A stretch of 64,000 nt of DNA from Spirochaetia bacterium (GTDB lineage: Bacteria; Spirochaetota; Spirochaetia; UBA9216): the NCBI GenBank assembly GCA_963677925.2, contig CAXXYH010000003.1, positions 1,440,001-1,504,000 of the forward strand, given 5' to 3'. Below, piece after piece: positions 29,716 to 40,441 of the stretch. The position numbers and the translations under genes are program-made. Positions within the stretch are counted from its first letter, which is position 1. Every line of letters begins with the position of its first letter. The notes beneath the pieces were generated by a model. It was given only the letters and a program-made list of their open reading frames with translations, was not told the origin of the DNA and searched no databases.

Positions 29716-31611
29716 ATGAAAATACTTATAGTAGCTCCCTATATCGAACTTGTAGAAACCTGCAAAACAGCACTCTCAAACCAGCCCTACGATATAAAAA
29801 TAATCCATGGTGATCTGCACACCGGATTACGATCAGCAATAGATGTTATTGAGAAAGAGAATATTGACATTATTATCAGCCGCGGAGGCACTGCAAATTT
29901 ACTGAAGAATAATCTATCAGTTCCGGTATTTGAAATCGAAGTATCAGGCTACGATCTTTTAAGAGCAATATATCCACATGTAAGAGCTGAGGAGAAGCTT
30001 GCAATTACCGGATTTAAAAACATAATCAGCGGAGCCAGAAGTATATCAAATATTCTGGGTATAAATCCGATATTCTATCAGATCGACCCCCAAACCGACA
30101 TTAAAAGCACAGTGATCAAAGCAAGAGAGGAAGGTGTTAAAGTTATTATCGGAGATACCATATCTGTATATACGGCAAGAGAAAATAGTATTGAAAGCTA
30201 TCTGGTACAATCAGGCCCCGAATCTATTCAAAGTGCTGTCGATTCAGCTGTAAGCTTTTATAACCATATGCAGAAAGAAATTCTGATAAATAAGCGTCTT
30301 GTCTCAATCATGGAGCATACAAGCCAGGGCGTAATATATCTTTCAACTGACAACCGGATAGAGATGCTGAATTCAAGAGCAGAAGAAATCCTTAAAATAC
30401 GCAGGAACAGGATTATCGGGGAATTATTCTCAAGCAAAGCTGTTCCGACAGGACTATCCAACTGCCTGGAAAAAAATATAAACAATCAATTAGTTACTCT
30501 CGATGATATGGATTACTTTGTTGAAATTCTTCCCATTTTAACTGACAGCATACATGCGGCAACTCTGATTTTTATTCAAAGTTCCGAACATATCAAAGAT
30601 ATTGAAGGAATTATAAGGCAGCAGCTGATAAGACGCGGCCTGGTGGCAAATTATAATTTCGACTCTATAATTGCTAAAAATTCAGGTTATAGAAATTCCA
30701 TTGAAAAAGCGAAATGCTACAGCAGCACAGATTCAACGGTTCTTCTGCTGGGAGAAACGGGTTCAGGCAAGGAAGTTTTCGCACAAAGCATTCACAACGC
30801 ATCTGTCAGAAAAAAAGGTCCATTTATAGCTGTAAATTGCGCAGCCCTTCCAGACAGCCTGCTTGAGAGTGAACTTTTCGGTTATGTAGAAGGTGCATTC
30901 ACTGGGGCGAAAAAAGGCGGCAAAGCCGGACTCTTTGAAATGGCACATAAAGGAACTATCTTTCTCGATGAAATTAATGATATGAGCAGTACTGTCCAGG
31001 CCAGACTTTTGAGAGTTCTGCAGGAAAAACAGGTCATGCGTATAGGAGATAACCGGGTATACGATGTCGACATCCGTATAATTGCAGCATGCAACAAAGA
31101 TCTGTTTGCCGAAACCGAAAAAGGAAATTTCAGAAAAGATCTTTATTACCGTCTTAAAATTCTGGATATCGAAATCGCACCGCTCAGGAAAAGACGTGAA
31201 GACATTCTTCCACTTTTCCATCACTTTATAATTCATTTCCGTAATAAATATTCACTTGATAATGCTGTAATTCCAGAGGATTTCCTTACTGCCATCCGGG
31301 AATATTCATGGCCCGGAAATATCAGACAGCTCAGGAATTTTGCAGAAAAGGTTTGCGTTCTGAATTCTCTGGACAGGGACAAGAAGCAGATTTTTCAGGA
31401 TCTGCTAAACGAATTAAAGATTGAAACATCAGAAAAACCAGAGCATTCGTATATAATGGAAGAAAGTGTAAAAATAGAACACAAAAGTCTGAAACAGATT
31501 GAATCCGAGCTCATCAGAAACATTTGGGAAAGAAATAACAGAAATACCTCCAAAACAGCCAGGGAGCTGGAAATTGACAGAGTTACCCTTAGAAAAAAGC
31601 TGAATCTATAG
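29716..31611 (+). CDS. PrpR-type sigma54-dependent transcriptional activator
   Basis: PrpR_N (IISRGGTA), PAS-like region, AAA+ ([33 protein letters not shown]), Fis-type HTH. Confidence 0.93.
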   Translation: MKILIVAPYIELVETCKTALSNQPYDIKIIHGDLHTGLRSAIDVIEKENIDIIISRGGTANLLKNNLSVPVFEIEVSGYDLLRAIYPHVRAEEKLAITGFKNIISGARSISNILGINPIFYQIDPQTDIKSTVIKAREEGVKVIIGDTISVYTARENSIESYLVQSGPESIQSAVDSAVSFYNHMQKEILINKRLVSIMEHTSQGVIYLSTDNRIEMLNSRAEEILKIRRNRIIGELFSSKAVPTGLSNCLEKNINNQLVTLDDMDYFVEILPILTDSIHAATLIFIQSSEHIKDIEGIIRQQLIRRGLVANYNFDSIIAKNSGYRNSIEKAKCYSSTDSTVLLLGETGSGKEVFAQSIHNASVRKKGPFIAVNCAALPDSLLESELFGYVEGAFTGAKKGGKAGLFEMAHKGTIFLDEINDMSSTVQARLLRVLQEKQVMRIGDNRVYDVDIRIIAACNKDLFAETEKGNFRKDLYYRLKILDIEIAPLRKRREDILPLFHHFIIHFRNKYSLDNAVIPEDFLTAIREYSWPGNIRQLRNFAEKVCVLNSLDRDKKQIFQDLLNELKIETSEKPEHSYIMEESVKIEHKSLKQIESELIRNIWERNNRNTSKTARELEIDRVTLRKKLNL

Positions 31612-31696
31612 ATACAGCGTTTTAGCATTCATTCATTATATAAAGTAAAAATTTGCATTAGAAACATTTAAAATCATATAATTAGTTGAACAGCAA

Positions 31697-33469
31697 ATGA
31701 TTATGAAAAGAATCAACAATAAAATACTACTGCTTACCTTGTCCACTATGCTCGTAATTATCTTCATCTTTTCCTATGTCTCATTCAGATTCGCAAATAA
31801 CAAGGTGAATGAATTATATGACGATATAATTGGAAACAAAACAACACTCTGGAGCAATCATTTTGAAAATTTTCTTAAACAAAAAGAAGATTCTATAGAT
31901 ATTGTTAAATATATAATCGAAAAGAGGTTCAGCCTCGAAATACTTGAGGATCCTGATTTGCTGGAGGAAGAGTTTAACTACATTTCCGAAATAATGTCCT
32001 CAATAGTAATAACAATGAACTACCTGAATCTATATTCCTGGTTTCATCCTGATTTCACCTCTCCGGACCTGCGTATGCTTTCTGTACGGAACTATGCCCT
32101 TGATGGAGAAATAACCATAGAAACGGGGTTCAAGTACTCAACTGAAGACATGACAGCCGAAAACTGGGCATGGTTCAATGATACACTCGTAAATGATAAA
32201 AATATTTCAGATCCATTTGACTGGGAGGGTTACAGTAATAAACTCAGCTCATTTACAAAAAGTATCATTATTAACAATAAAAAGGTTGGAGTAATAGGCT
32301 CTGATTATTATATAGATGAACTTGAACAGATGATGCTTGAAGAACCCTTTATGGGCAGAGGATATTATGCTTTATTAAACAGTGACTTGGCTTTTCTGGT
32401 TAATCCACGGCATTTCATGGAAGAATGGGAGAGAGTTTTCCCCGATGATGCAGAAAAAACAACAGAAATACTAATGGACAAATCAATCAGCTCCGGAGTT
32501 CTAATATCAGGTAACCAGAAGATCGGTTTCGACAGAATGAGTAACGGATGGATAGTCCTTGCAGTTCCTGATATGAATTTGCTGAACAGAGTCCTTATCA
32601 GACTTCCGGTTACCTATCTCATTTTAACCGTGATTGTCTCAGTAGTCGTGGGAATACTAAGTCTTACGATTGCAAAAAACATTTCGAAGCCCATCATAGA
32701 TGCAAGTAATTATTCTATTAAGATTGCTGCAGGTGAACTGGACACCAGCTTATCCGCTGGAATATTAAACCGTAAAGACGAAATCGGGACATTAGGCAAT
32801 AATCTTGAATCAATGAGGAAAAGTTTAAAGAACAAAATAAAAAAGCTGAAACACGAATCCCAGAAGAGTAAATTCCTTTACCGTGAACTAGAACATAGAA
32901 CCAAGAATAATCTTCAGCTTATTCTATCTTTTATCTCCTTCGAACTAAATGATGAAAAAATAACAGATATCAGGCAGGTACTTGAAAATGTAAAAAGAAG
33001 AATATACATACTTTCAACGGTCCAGGACCTTATCAATGTCTACGAAGATCAAACTTACATTCAATTTAAAGACTTTCTTAATGAGATACTCAATTTATTA
33101 TCCTTTGAATATAATCTGTATGAAAGCACCGGAAATATAATACTCACCGGCGATTCTTCTCTTTTGAACAAACAGAATCTGGTACCGGTAGGATTTCTTA
33201 TTAATGAAATATTCTCAAGTTTTATGGATTTAGAAAGAAACAGCTCAGACAGTTTCAGTATTTCAATTGATGTTAATCATATTAATGACAGCAATATAAC
33301 ATCACTTAATATCTCTACAGATATTATTAATAAAAATTATACAGAAACAATAAATGGAAATCATATTTTAGAGATTATAAAGGAAATTGCAGAATCACAG
33401 CTTCAGGGAAGCTGTGATTTGAATGTTGCTGACAAAATCAAATATAGTTTTAAATTCAGTCAAATCTAA
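31697..33469 (+). CDS. Membrane sensor with Cache/HAMP and HisKA_2-type domain; degenerate ATPase domain
   Basis: Two TM segments, HAMP (RKDEIGTL), H-box ELEHRTKNNLQ; C-terminus has INEIFSS but no recognisable DxGxG or G2 box. Confidence 0.75.
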   Translation: MIMKRINNKILLLTLSTMLVIIFIFSYVSFRFANNKVNELYDDIIGNKTTLWSNHFENFLKQKEDSIDIVKYIIEKRFSLEILEDPDLLEEEFNYISEIMSSIVITMNYLNLYSWFHPDFTSPDLRMLSVRNYALDGEITIETGFKYSTEDMTAENWAWFNDTLVNDKNISDPFDWEGYSNKLSSFTKSIIINNKKVGVIGSDYYIDELEQMMLEEPFMGRGYYALLNSDLAFLVNPRHFMEEWERVFPDDAEKTTEILMDKSISSGVLISGNQKIGFDRMSNGWIVLAVPDMNLLNRVLIRLPVTYLILTVIVSVVVGILSLTIAKNISKPIIDASNYSIKIAAGELDTSLSAGILNRKDEIGTLGNNLESMRKSLKNKIKKLKHESQKSKFLYRELEHRTKNNLQLILSFISFELNDEKITDIRQVLENVKRRIYILSTVQDLINVYEDQTYIQFKDFLNEILNLLSFEYNLYESTGNIILTGDSSLLNKQNLVPVGFLINEIFSSFMDLERNSSDSFSISIDVNHINDSNITSLNISTDIINKNYTETINGNHILEIIKEIAESQLQGSCDLNVADKIKYSFKFSQI

Positions 33470-33540
33470 GATACTATAAATATAAGTAATAATTTGTTGA
33501 ATACCTTCAGTTCATCATCGAATCACACAGGTATGTTTTT

Positions 33541-34782
33541 TCAGCCCTCAAACTTTTCCCGGTTTATCCACAGACCTAAAGCAGGGTTTGGAATGAAGTA
33601 AATTACTTCTCCATCGGGCATTGTATTGTAACCGTATACAAGCTTTTGCGGGTCATATAATTTCACCATTTCATCATAGGATGCACTCTTAAATCCGATA
33701 TTATCAATTTCCTTCTCTGTAATATTCTTCACAGCGTAGGTAATTGAAAATCTGTCATCAGAAGAGCCGTGTATAAGATGGGCGGCAACTCCGGCATTAC
33801 CTGCAAGATCGCGGTTGTTCTTGAACTCTTCGAGGGTATTTACTCGGCCACGGTATCCGTATTTCCTGATAAGTTCGTCATTCTGAGGATCCTCACCGAA
33901 TTTATCAACACCGGGAGCAAGAACCAGCAGTTCGCCGCCATCGGCAATAGCCATACGGGTACGGTAAATACTCTTGTTCCCAAGCCAGGTGCTTTTAAAC
34001 TCTTTCGGATCAAGATACACAACACACTTCTGTATGCCGTGATCAACAAAATCAATATTCTTCTCCTGTGACAGAGCTACCGCGTCCTCCAGAACCTTTC
34101 TGGTATTGCCTATGAAAAAGCCATGGGTTTCAATATCTCCCTCCGGTGCAGTACAGACTGTGAGAGCAAACCATATCGGAAGTTCGGACAGAAACTCTTC
34201 AAGGGCATAGTCAAAGACCTTTCTGACGGGAGTAAAATCCTTGCCCATCATCTTTTCCATTCCGTATACCGCACCGACCATATGACTTTTATTGATCATG
34301 TCTGCTCCGCCGACCCCGACAAAGAGATTCTTTGCATGGTTAGCCATACCAATTACTTCATGCGGAACCACCTGCCCCACCGAAAGAATCAGGTCAAACG
34401 ATGGATCAATGACAAGCCGGTTAACCTGTACTGATATGCCTTCAGTCCAGATCCCGTCGGTAGCTTCACTTAGAAATGAACCGGGCACTTCACCGATAGT
34501 TTCAACATCGTTTCTCCAGTCATGAACCACAAAACAGGAATGCGGAATATCACCGTACATTTCACTGAGTTCTTCTTCAGTCATTGCAACATGGGTACCA
34601 AGGGCTTCAAGTATTTTTACTTCACAGCCCCGATCTGAAAGCCAGTGGTAGGCACAGTTGCATATATACCCTGCATTTGAAAAATAGCGGGTAAAATCCG
34701 GCCCTACAAGGAGAACTCTTTTGAGTTCTCCCTGCGAAGCAAGAAATGATTCAATTTGATTTTTGATTTCTGTATTTGTCAT
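33541..34782 (-). CDS. LarA/DUF2088-family racemase/epimerase (candidate D-mannonate/D-gluconate 2-epimerase)
   Basis: Real start probably ATG 34782, 4 nt after the gnd stop; PDFTR, ALGTH, VVPHEVIGMANHAKN motifs. Confidence 0.78.
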   Translation of the reverse strand: MTNTEIKNQIESFLASQGELKRVLLVGPDFTRYFSNAGYICNCAYHWLSDRGCEVKILEALGTHVAMTEEELSEMYGDIPHSCFVVHDWRNDVETIGEVPGSFLSEATDGIWTEGISVQVNRLVIDPSFDLILSVGQVVPHEVIGMANHAKNLFVGVGGADMINKSHMVGAVYGMEKMMGKDFTPVRKVFDYALEEFLSELPIWFALTVCTAPEGDIETHGFFIGNTRKVLEDAVALSQEKNIDFVDHGIQKCVVYLDPKEFKSTWLGNKSIYRTRMAIADGGELLVLAPGVDKFGEDPQNDELIRKYGYRGRVNTLEEFKNNRDLAGNAGVAAHLIHGSSDDRFSITYAVKNITEKEIDNIGFKSASYDEMVKLYDPQKLVYGYNTMPDGEVIYFIPNPALGLWINREKFEG

Positions 34783-34786
34783 AATA

Positions 34787-36241
34787 TTAAACATTGTATG
34801 TGGAAGCCGAGGTGCTTCCGCCGTGCCCGGTCCAGTTTGTATGAAAAAACTTTCCCCGTGCTTCATCAAGCCTTTCGTAGGTATGGGCGCCGAAATAATC
34901 CCTCTGAGCCTGAAGCAGGTTGGCAGGGAGCCTTTCGCATGTGTAGCCGTCGAAGTATGACAGAGCTGCTGCGAATGCAGGCACCGGAACACCGCAAAGC
35001 ACAGCCTGGGAAACAACCCTGCGCCATGGTTCAAGAAGCGATTCCATCACGCCCTTAAAGTAGGGATCAAGCAGAAGGTTTGTAAGTTCCGGATTACTGT
35101 CGAAAGCCTCTTTGATCTTCCCCAGAAATACCGAGCGGATTATACATCCGCCCCGCCACATGAGGGCAATGCCGCCGTAATTAAGGTTCCATTTGTATGT
35201 AGATGCAGCTGTCCGCATCAGGCTGTAGCCCTGAGCGTATGAAATTATCTTTGATGCATACAGTGCACTTTTAATATCAGCAATAAACTGCTTCCGGTCA
35301 CCGCTGAAGACTGATTTCTGCTTTCCCGAATATTCCCGTGCAGCCTCAACACGTTCATCCTTGATTGCCGACAGGCAGCGGCTGAAGACACTCTCACCAA
35401 TCAGCGTAAGGGGAACGCCTTCATCAAGCGCTGTAATCCCGGTCCATTTACCGGTTCCCTTCTGCCCTGCCGTATCAAGTATTTTATCTACTATAGGGTT
35501 TCCGTCGGTATCCTTGTATGCTAGAATATCACGGGTTATTTCAATCAGGTAGCTGTCAAGCTCGGTTTCGTTCCACTGCTTAAACACCTCATGCATCTCA
35601 TCGGCACTCATTCCAAGCAGGTCTTTCATAAGCTGATAAGCCTCGCAGATAATCTGCATATCACCGTACTCAATACCGTTATGAACCATCTTCACAAAAT
35701 GACCGGCACCGTTTTCACCGACCCAGTCGCAGCATGGCGAACCGTCTTCCACCTTCGCAGAGATTGCCTGAAGGATTGGCTTAACTGACGGCCATGCCGA
35801 CGGGCTGCCGCCGGGCATTATGCTCGGCCCCTTTAACGCACCTTCTTCACCGCCGGAAACACCGCTTCCTATATAATAAAGCCCCCTGCTTTCCACATAT
35901 TCAGTTCTTCTTATTGTATCAGGAAAGTGGCTGTTGCCTCCGTCGATGATAATATCACCAGGTTCAAAAACTTCCAGAAGCTGGTCTATAAGTTCATCAA
36001 CCGGCTTACCGGCCTTAACCATCATCATAACTTTTCTGGGTTTTGCAAGATTATCAGCAAGCTCGGAAAGACTGTGAGTTCCAATTATATTCTTTCCCTT
36101 AGCCCTGCCGTTTACAAAATCATCAACCTTACTTGTAGTACGATTGTAAACAGCAGCAGTGAAGCCCTTCGATTCCATATTCATTACCAGGTTCTCACCC
36201 ATAACAGCGAGACCGATAAGACCGATATCAGCTTTTTTCAT
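34787..36241 (-). CDS. gnd: 6-phosphogluconate dehydrogenase, decarboxylating (NADP+)
   Basis: GLAVMG, KMVHNGIEYGDMQ, QKGTGKW, QAQRDYFGAHTY. Confidence 0.97.
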   Translation of the reverse strand: MKKADIGLIGLAVMGENLVMNMESKGFTAAVYNRTTSKVDDFVNGRAKGKNIIGTHSLSELADNLAKPRKVMMMVKAGKPVDELIDQLLEVFEPGDIIIDGGNSHFPDTIRRTEYVESRGLYYIGSGVSGGEEGALKGPSIMPGGSPSAWPSVKPILQAISAKVEDGSPCCDWVGENGAGHFVKMVHNGIEYGDMQIICEAYQLMKDLLGMSADEMHEVFKQWNETELDSYLIEITRDILAYKDTDGNPIVDKILDTAGQKGTGKWTGITALDEGVPLTLIGESVFSRCLSAIKDERVEAAREYSGKQKSVFSGDRKQFIADIKSALYASKIISYAQGYSLMRTAASTYKWNLNYGGIALMWRGGCIIRSVFLGKIKEAFDSNPELTNLLLDPYFKGVMESLLEPWRRVVSQAVLCGVPVPAFAAALSYFDGYTCERLPANLLQAQRDYFGAHTYERLDEARGKFFHTNWTGHGGSTSASTYNV

Positions 36242-36244
36242 AAT

Positions 36245-37321
36245 TTACCTCTTTACCCGGGCATTGCCCTTGTAGATACTCCATACCTGCTCTTCATCAG
36301 CCGGAGTTCCGTAATCATCCAGAACTGAAGCGGCAAGAACGCCGGTAGCCCAGCCGAACTGTAACCACTTTTCTTCACTCCAGTTCCTAAGGATAGCATA
36401 AAGAAGGCCGGCAACAAAGCCGTCACCGCCGCCGATTCGATCAAGTACCTGTATTTCCCTGGGTTCTTCCACATGCCAGTTTTCCCCGGCAAGTACAAGC
36501 GCCCCCCACATATGCTGGTTAGCATTCAAAACCTGTCTGAGTGTTGTGGCATAAACCTGCGCACCGGGAAACTGCTTTTTAACTTCAAGAACCATCCCCT
36601 TGAATGAATCAATCTTTTCCCCCAGATCCGTACCGCCGGCCTCCGGGCCTTTCACTCCAAGCGCAAGCTGAAAATCTTCTTCATTGCCGATTAAAATATC
36701 CGCATATGATGCAATCTCGGTAAAGCTTTCCCTCAGTTCTTTCTCACGGCCTTTCCAGAAAGAAGCCCTGAAATTTAAATCAAAGGAAATAAGAGTACCG
36801 CTCTCTCTGGCAGCCCGTGCAAGCTCAAGGCAAAACTCAGTGGTTTCCGCACTCATTGCAGCAATAAGCCCTGAAAGATGAAGAATCCTCACACCTTCCT
36901 CCCCGAAGATCCTCTTTGTATCAAAATCTTTGATATTAAGAGTTCTTCCTACTTCCCCGGCCCTGTCGTTCCAGACCCGGGGCCCGCGTAAACCGTATCC
37001 GGAGTCGGCAATATTAAACTGGTGCCTCACGCCCCAGGGCCCTTCCTGCTCTACTTCGGGTCCTTCAAATTCTATATTGCGGAAACGCAGTTCACTTTTA
37101 ATAAACTGGGAAACCGGGCTGTCCTTAACAAAAGCGGTCAGAACCTTGGTTCGAAGACCAAGCGCTGCAGAGACATTAAGAACATTACTTTCGGCGCTGG
37201 TTGACTGCATCTGAAACATCCGGCTTGTATGAACCGGAAGCCTGTCTGCAGGGGTGATGCGCACACCTATACTGGTCGGGCAAATTAAATCGTATTTACC
37301 CGTAGTTTTGAGTTTAAGCAT
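36245..37321 (-). CDS. PfkB-family sugar-acid kinase (KdgK-like; possible gluconate kinase)
   Basis: Start ATG 37321 with GGAG SD; SFDLNFR, GNEED, DRIGGGDGF. Confidence 0.85.
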   Translation of the reverse strand: MLKLKTTGKYDLICPTSIGVRITPADRLPVHTSRMFQMQSTSAESNVLNVSAALGLRTKVLTAFVKDSPVSQFIKSELRFRNIEFEGPEVEQEGPWGVRHQFNIADSGYGLRGPRVWNDRAGEVGRTLNIKDFDTKRIFGEEGVRILHLSGLIAAMSAETTEFCLELARAARESGTLISFDLNFRASFWKGREKELRESFTEIASYADILIGNEEDFQLALGVKGPEAGGTDLGEKIDSFKGMVLEVKKQFPGAQVYATTLRQVLNANQHMWGALVLAGENWHVEEPREIQVLDRIGGGDGFVAGLLYAILRNWSEEKWLQFGWATGVLAASVLDDYGTPADEEQVWSIYKGNARVKR

Positions 37322-37346
37322 AATTTTCTCCTTAGTTATAGGATAT

Positions 37347-38423
37347 CTATGGATTAAAAAACTTGATGCAGACGGGAGAACCCGTATTCCAATCGTGCAA
37401 TTTTTCAAGCTGCCCGTCAGAAGCAACTCTGAATACTGTAATCAGATCACTGTCCTGATTACCAACCAGAAGATGGGTTCCGGCCGGATCTACCGCAAAA
37501 TTCCTAGGAGTTTTACCACCGCATGGGGTTCTGCCTATCAGTGCAAGATCACCGGAACTGTCTATCGCATAGCTTACAATACTGTCATGGCCCCGGTTTG
37601 AAGCATAAAGCTTTTTTCCGTCAGGGGTAAGATGCAGATCAGAACAGATATTTTCACCATTAAAATCATCCGGAAGCGTTTCAACAACCTGTTTGAAAAT
37701 AAGAGTCCCGTTCTCACATGTATAATGTATAATCCGGGAACTGATTTCGTTAATAAGGTAGAAATGCTTTCCGTCCTTACTGAACTCTCCGTAGCGGGGA
37801 CCGCTTCCGGCGGCAACTTCAATGCTCTTCGTTTCATCAGTCGAAATCATTCCATCTTCTATTTTATACGCAATAACCTTATCCAGACCTAAATCAGGAA
37901 CATAAAGCAGATTATTTTCGCTGCTGAATATACAGCTGTGGGCATGAGGGCCTGTCTGCCTGACGGGGTGAACACTGCTTCCGCGATGCTGAAAAATCGA
38001 TCTGCTGTCAGCTTTCACATCACCTTCCTGTTCAAGTGAAAAGGCAGTAACTGAACCGCTTGCAAAATTTGATATAGCAATAAAACTGGAGTCAGGTGAA
38101 ATCTCAAGATGACAGGGATCTTTTCCGCCTGCGTTCCATGTTCCTTCAACAGACATCGAAAAATCATCAGCATAGGAAAGCTGTGTAAGCCCGCCGCCTT
38201 CTTCTCCTAGGTATTCTTTCATCTCATTTACTGCATATATCTTTTTATTTTTTTCGTCGATACAGAGAAAAGAAGGATTACGAATTTCTATCTCTTTAAC
38301 TATTTCAATTTTACCATTTTCAAAGGAGCAGATAGTAATTCCTTTCCCCTGGCCCTGGTATACCTCTCCAGTGCCGAATAAAATAGGTTCAGTGTATGAA
38401 CCTAATGCAAAATACTGTTTCAT
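37347..38423 (-). CDS. pgl: Lactonase family protein (6-phosphogluconolactonase/aldonolactonase)
   Basis: NPSFL, DPCH, RQTGPHAH, GSGPR, SNRGHDS, TPRNF. Confidence 0.88.
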   Translation of the reverse strand: MKQYFALGSYTEPILFGTGEVYQGQGKGITICSFENGKIEIVKEIEIRNPSFLCIDEKNKKIYAVNEMKEYLGEEGGGLTQLSYADDFSMSVEGTWNAGGKDPCHLEISPDSSFIAISNFASGSVTAFSLEQEGDVKADSRSIFQHRGSSVHPVRQTGPHAHSCIFSSENNLLYVPDLGLDKVIAYKIEDGMISTDETKSIEVAAGSGPRYGEFSKDGKHFYLINEISSRIIHYTCENGTLIFKQVVETLPDDFNGENICSDLHLTPDGKKLYASNRGHDSIVSYAIDSSGDLALIGRTPCGGKTPRNFAVDPAGTHLLVGNQDSDLITVFRVASDGQLEKLHDWNTGSPVCIKFFNP

Positions 38424-38435
38424 CTGCCGCCTCCG

Positions 38436-39383
38436 CTATATCTGACTATTCAGTTTATCAGTTATTTTAACAGCTTCTATTATGAACCGGTCGCGTTTTT
38501 TCATATCATCATCAATACTTCTCTGACTCCAGTCATAAAAACCTTTTCCTGTGCCGGCTCCCAGATCTCCGCGCTCAACCATCTCAGAAATGTATGAGCT
38601 GGCATGTTTATCAGCATTAATTCCCGGAAGTACAGTCTGCTGAACCGAAAGCCCGAGATCTGTACCGATCGCATCAAGATGCATAAGAGGGCCCCACACC
38701 GGAAATCTCATAGCCATTCCTGCTGCAATAGCGGTATCAACATCCTCTGCCGTCGCAAGCCCGCTGGCTACTATATCAATTGATTCCCTTATTATAGCCT
38801 GAAAAACCCTGTTTGCAAGCTGTCCCGGAAGATCCCGCCGTACCAGGACTGGAGACTTCTTCCATTTTTTCAATTCATTACGGACCTTTTCCGCAACGGC
38901 AATATCAGTCCGGTCGCCCACAACAACTTCAACAAGCGGAACAAGATGTGCGGGAAGCCAGAAATGAGTTGTGACCGTACGCTCAGGATACACACATTTC
39001 TTACTTATATCGGTTATCCTGAGTCCGCTTGTATTGCTGCAAATTGCAACTTCAAGAGGAAGTATCGCATCAAGCTGAGCAAAAAGCTCCTGCTTAGCCT
39101 CAACTTTCTCAACTATGGCTTCTATTACCATGAAGGCTCTGTCCGCTGCTTTTATAATATTAGTACTTGTTTCAATCAGATCAAAGGCCGCTTCAGCCTC
39201 TGCACTTGAATTAAGCCCGTTTTCTTCTCTTAACCGGATACAGGCAAAAGCTTTTTCCTTACCTGCAGCCACTTTCTGCTCATCTACGTCAACAAGAATG
39301 GTTTTATTACCAGCCAGAGCGCTCATTGCACCTATGCCGCTTCCCATCATGCCTGAGCCGACAACTATTACACAGTCTCTCAT
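38436..39383 (-). CDS. 3-hydroxyacyl-CoA dehydrogenase family NAD-binding protein
   Basis: GSGMMG, EAIVE, SNTS, HFWLP..LVE, GQLANR, GKGFYDW. Confidence 0.85.
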   Translation of the reverse strand: MRDCVIVVGSGMMGSGIGAMSALAGNKTILVDVDEQKVAAGKEKAFACIRLREENGLNSSAEAEAAFDLIETSTNIIKAADRAFMVIEAIVEKVEAKQELFAQLDAILPLEVAICSNTSGLRITDISKKCVYPERTVTTHFWLPAHLVPLVEVVVGDRTDIAVAEKVRNELKKWKKSPVLVRRDLPGQLANRVFQAIIRESIDIVASGLATAEDVDTAIAAGMAMRFPVWGPLMHLDAIGTDLGLSVQQTVLPGINADKHASSYISEMVERGDLGAGTGKGFYDWSQRSIDDDMKKRDRFIIEAVKITDKLNSQI

Positions 39384-39400
39384 TTATTTAAATCTCCAGA

Positions 39401-40424
39401 TCAGTCTTCCATCAAAAGGACCACACGCCCCTTTGCTTCCCCGGTCTTAAGCATATTAAGCCCGCTGTTTATATCTTTAAAAGGAATTGTTTTAAAGATA
39501 TAAGGAACAATTTTTCCTTCTTCCACAAACTTGATAACCTCTGACAAGTCCTGCCGAGTCATTCCGCGAATTCCAAGAATCTCTTTTTCAAACTTCATTA
39601 CATCCTGAAAATCAGCTTCAAAAAGCGGATCATTATAACCTGCTACAATCACTTTTCCACCGGGACAAATCAACCGTAGAGAATCGTTAATGGAGGTTTT
39701 TATGCCGATGTTATCAATCACAACATCACACATATCCCCGCCAGTCAGCCGTACTATTTCCTCATACAGATCCTGCTCTTTGGTATTTATAACAGCATCG
39801 GCACCCATTTCAAGAGAAATATCAAGCTTTTCCTGCTGCCGGCTTGTAGCATAAACTTCTGCTCCGAACAGCTTTGCTATCTGAATAGCGTTCATACCAA
39901 GCCCGCCTGTACCAAGAACAAGTACACGATCTCCGGGTTTTACCATGCCGCGGTTTTTCACAGCGTTATACATACAGCCTACGGCATCTGTAATGCTGGT
40001 CATCTGGTCGAAGGGGACCGAATCTGAAATCTTAAAAGCATTATGCTCCGGAATTACGCAGTACTGAGCGTGTGAACCGTCACGTTCAAACCCGACACGT
40101 ACAAGGTTACGGCATAGATTACTGCGTCCGCTTAAACAGTACCTGCAGGTACCGCAGGTAATGTCTATTGCTCCGACAACATGATCACCGACTTTAACGC
40201 TGCTGACCTCACTTCCGGTTTTCTCTATTACACCGGCCATTTCATGGCCTGGTGTATACGGAAGTCTGACAGTGCCTATCATACCATCCTGAATATGGAT
40301 ATCTGAAACACAAAGACCGCTTGCCTTAATTTTAACAAGGACTTCATAGGGTCCCGGCTCCGGGATTTTTTTTTTCTTCTATTATAAGGGGCTGCCCGAA
40401 CTCTTTCAGAACAGCCGCCTTCAT
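39401..40424 (-). pseudogene. Zn-dependent alcohol/polyol dehydrogenase interrupted by a +1 frameshift in an A10 run
   Basis: ATG 40424 gives MKAAVLKEFGQPLIIEEKK, then a stop in frame. Removing one A from 40366-40375 gives ...KKIPEPGPYEVLVKIKASGLCVSD...GHE, joining ORF 39401-40282. Span 1024 = 3x341+1. Confidence 0.8.
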
Positions 40425-40441
40425 CACTCCATTACCTTCAA

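Noticed and set aside
34783-35034. N-terminal extension of the LarA-like ORF in the ORF track
   Set aside because: It overlaps the gnd 3' end in another frame; ATG 34782 is the plausible start.
36131-36145. ACTTGTAGTACGATT resembling the FadR operator
   Set aside because: It lies inside the gnd coding sequence (YNRTTSK) with a broken right arm; probably chance.
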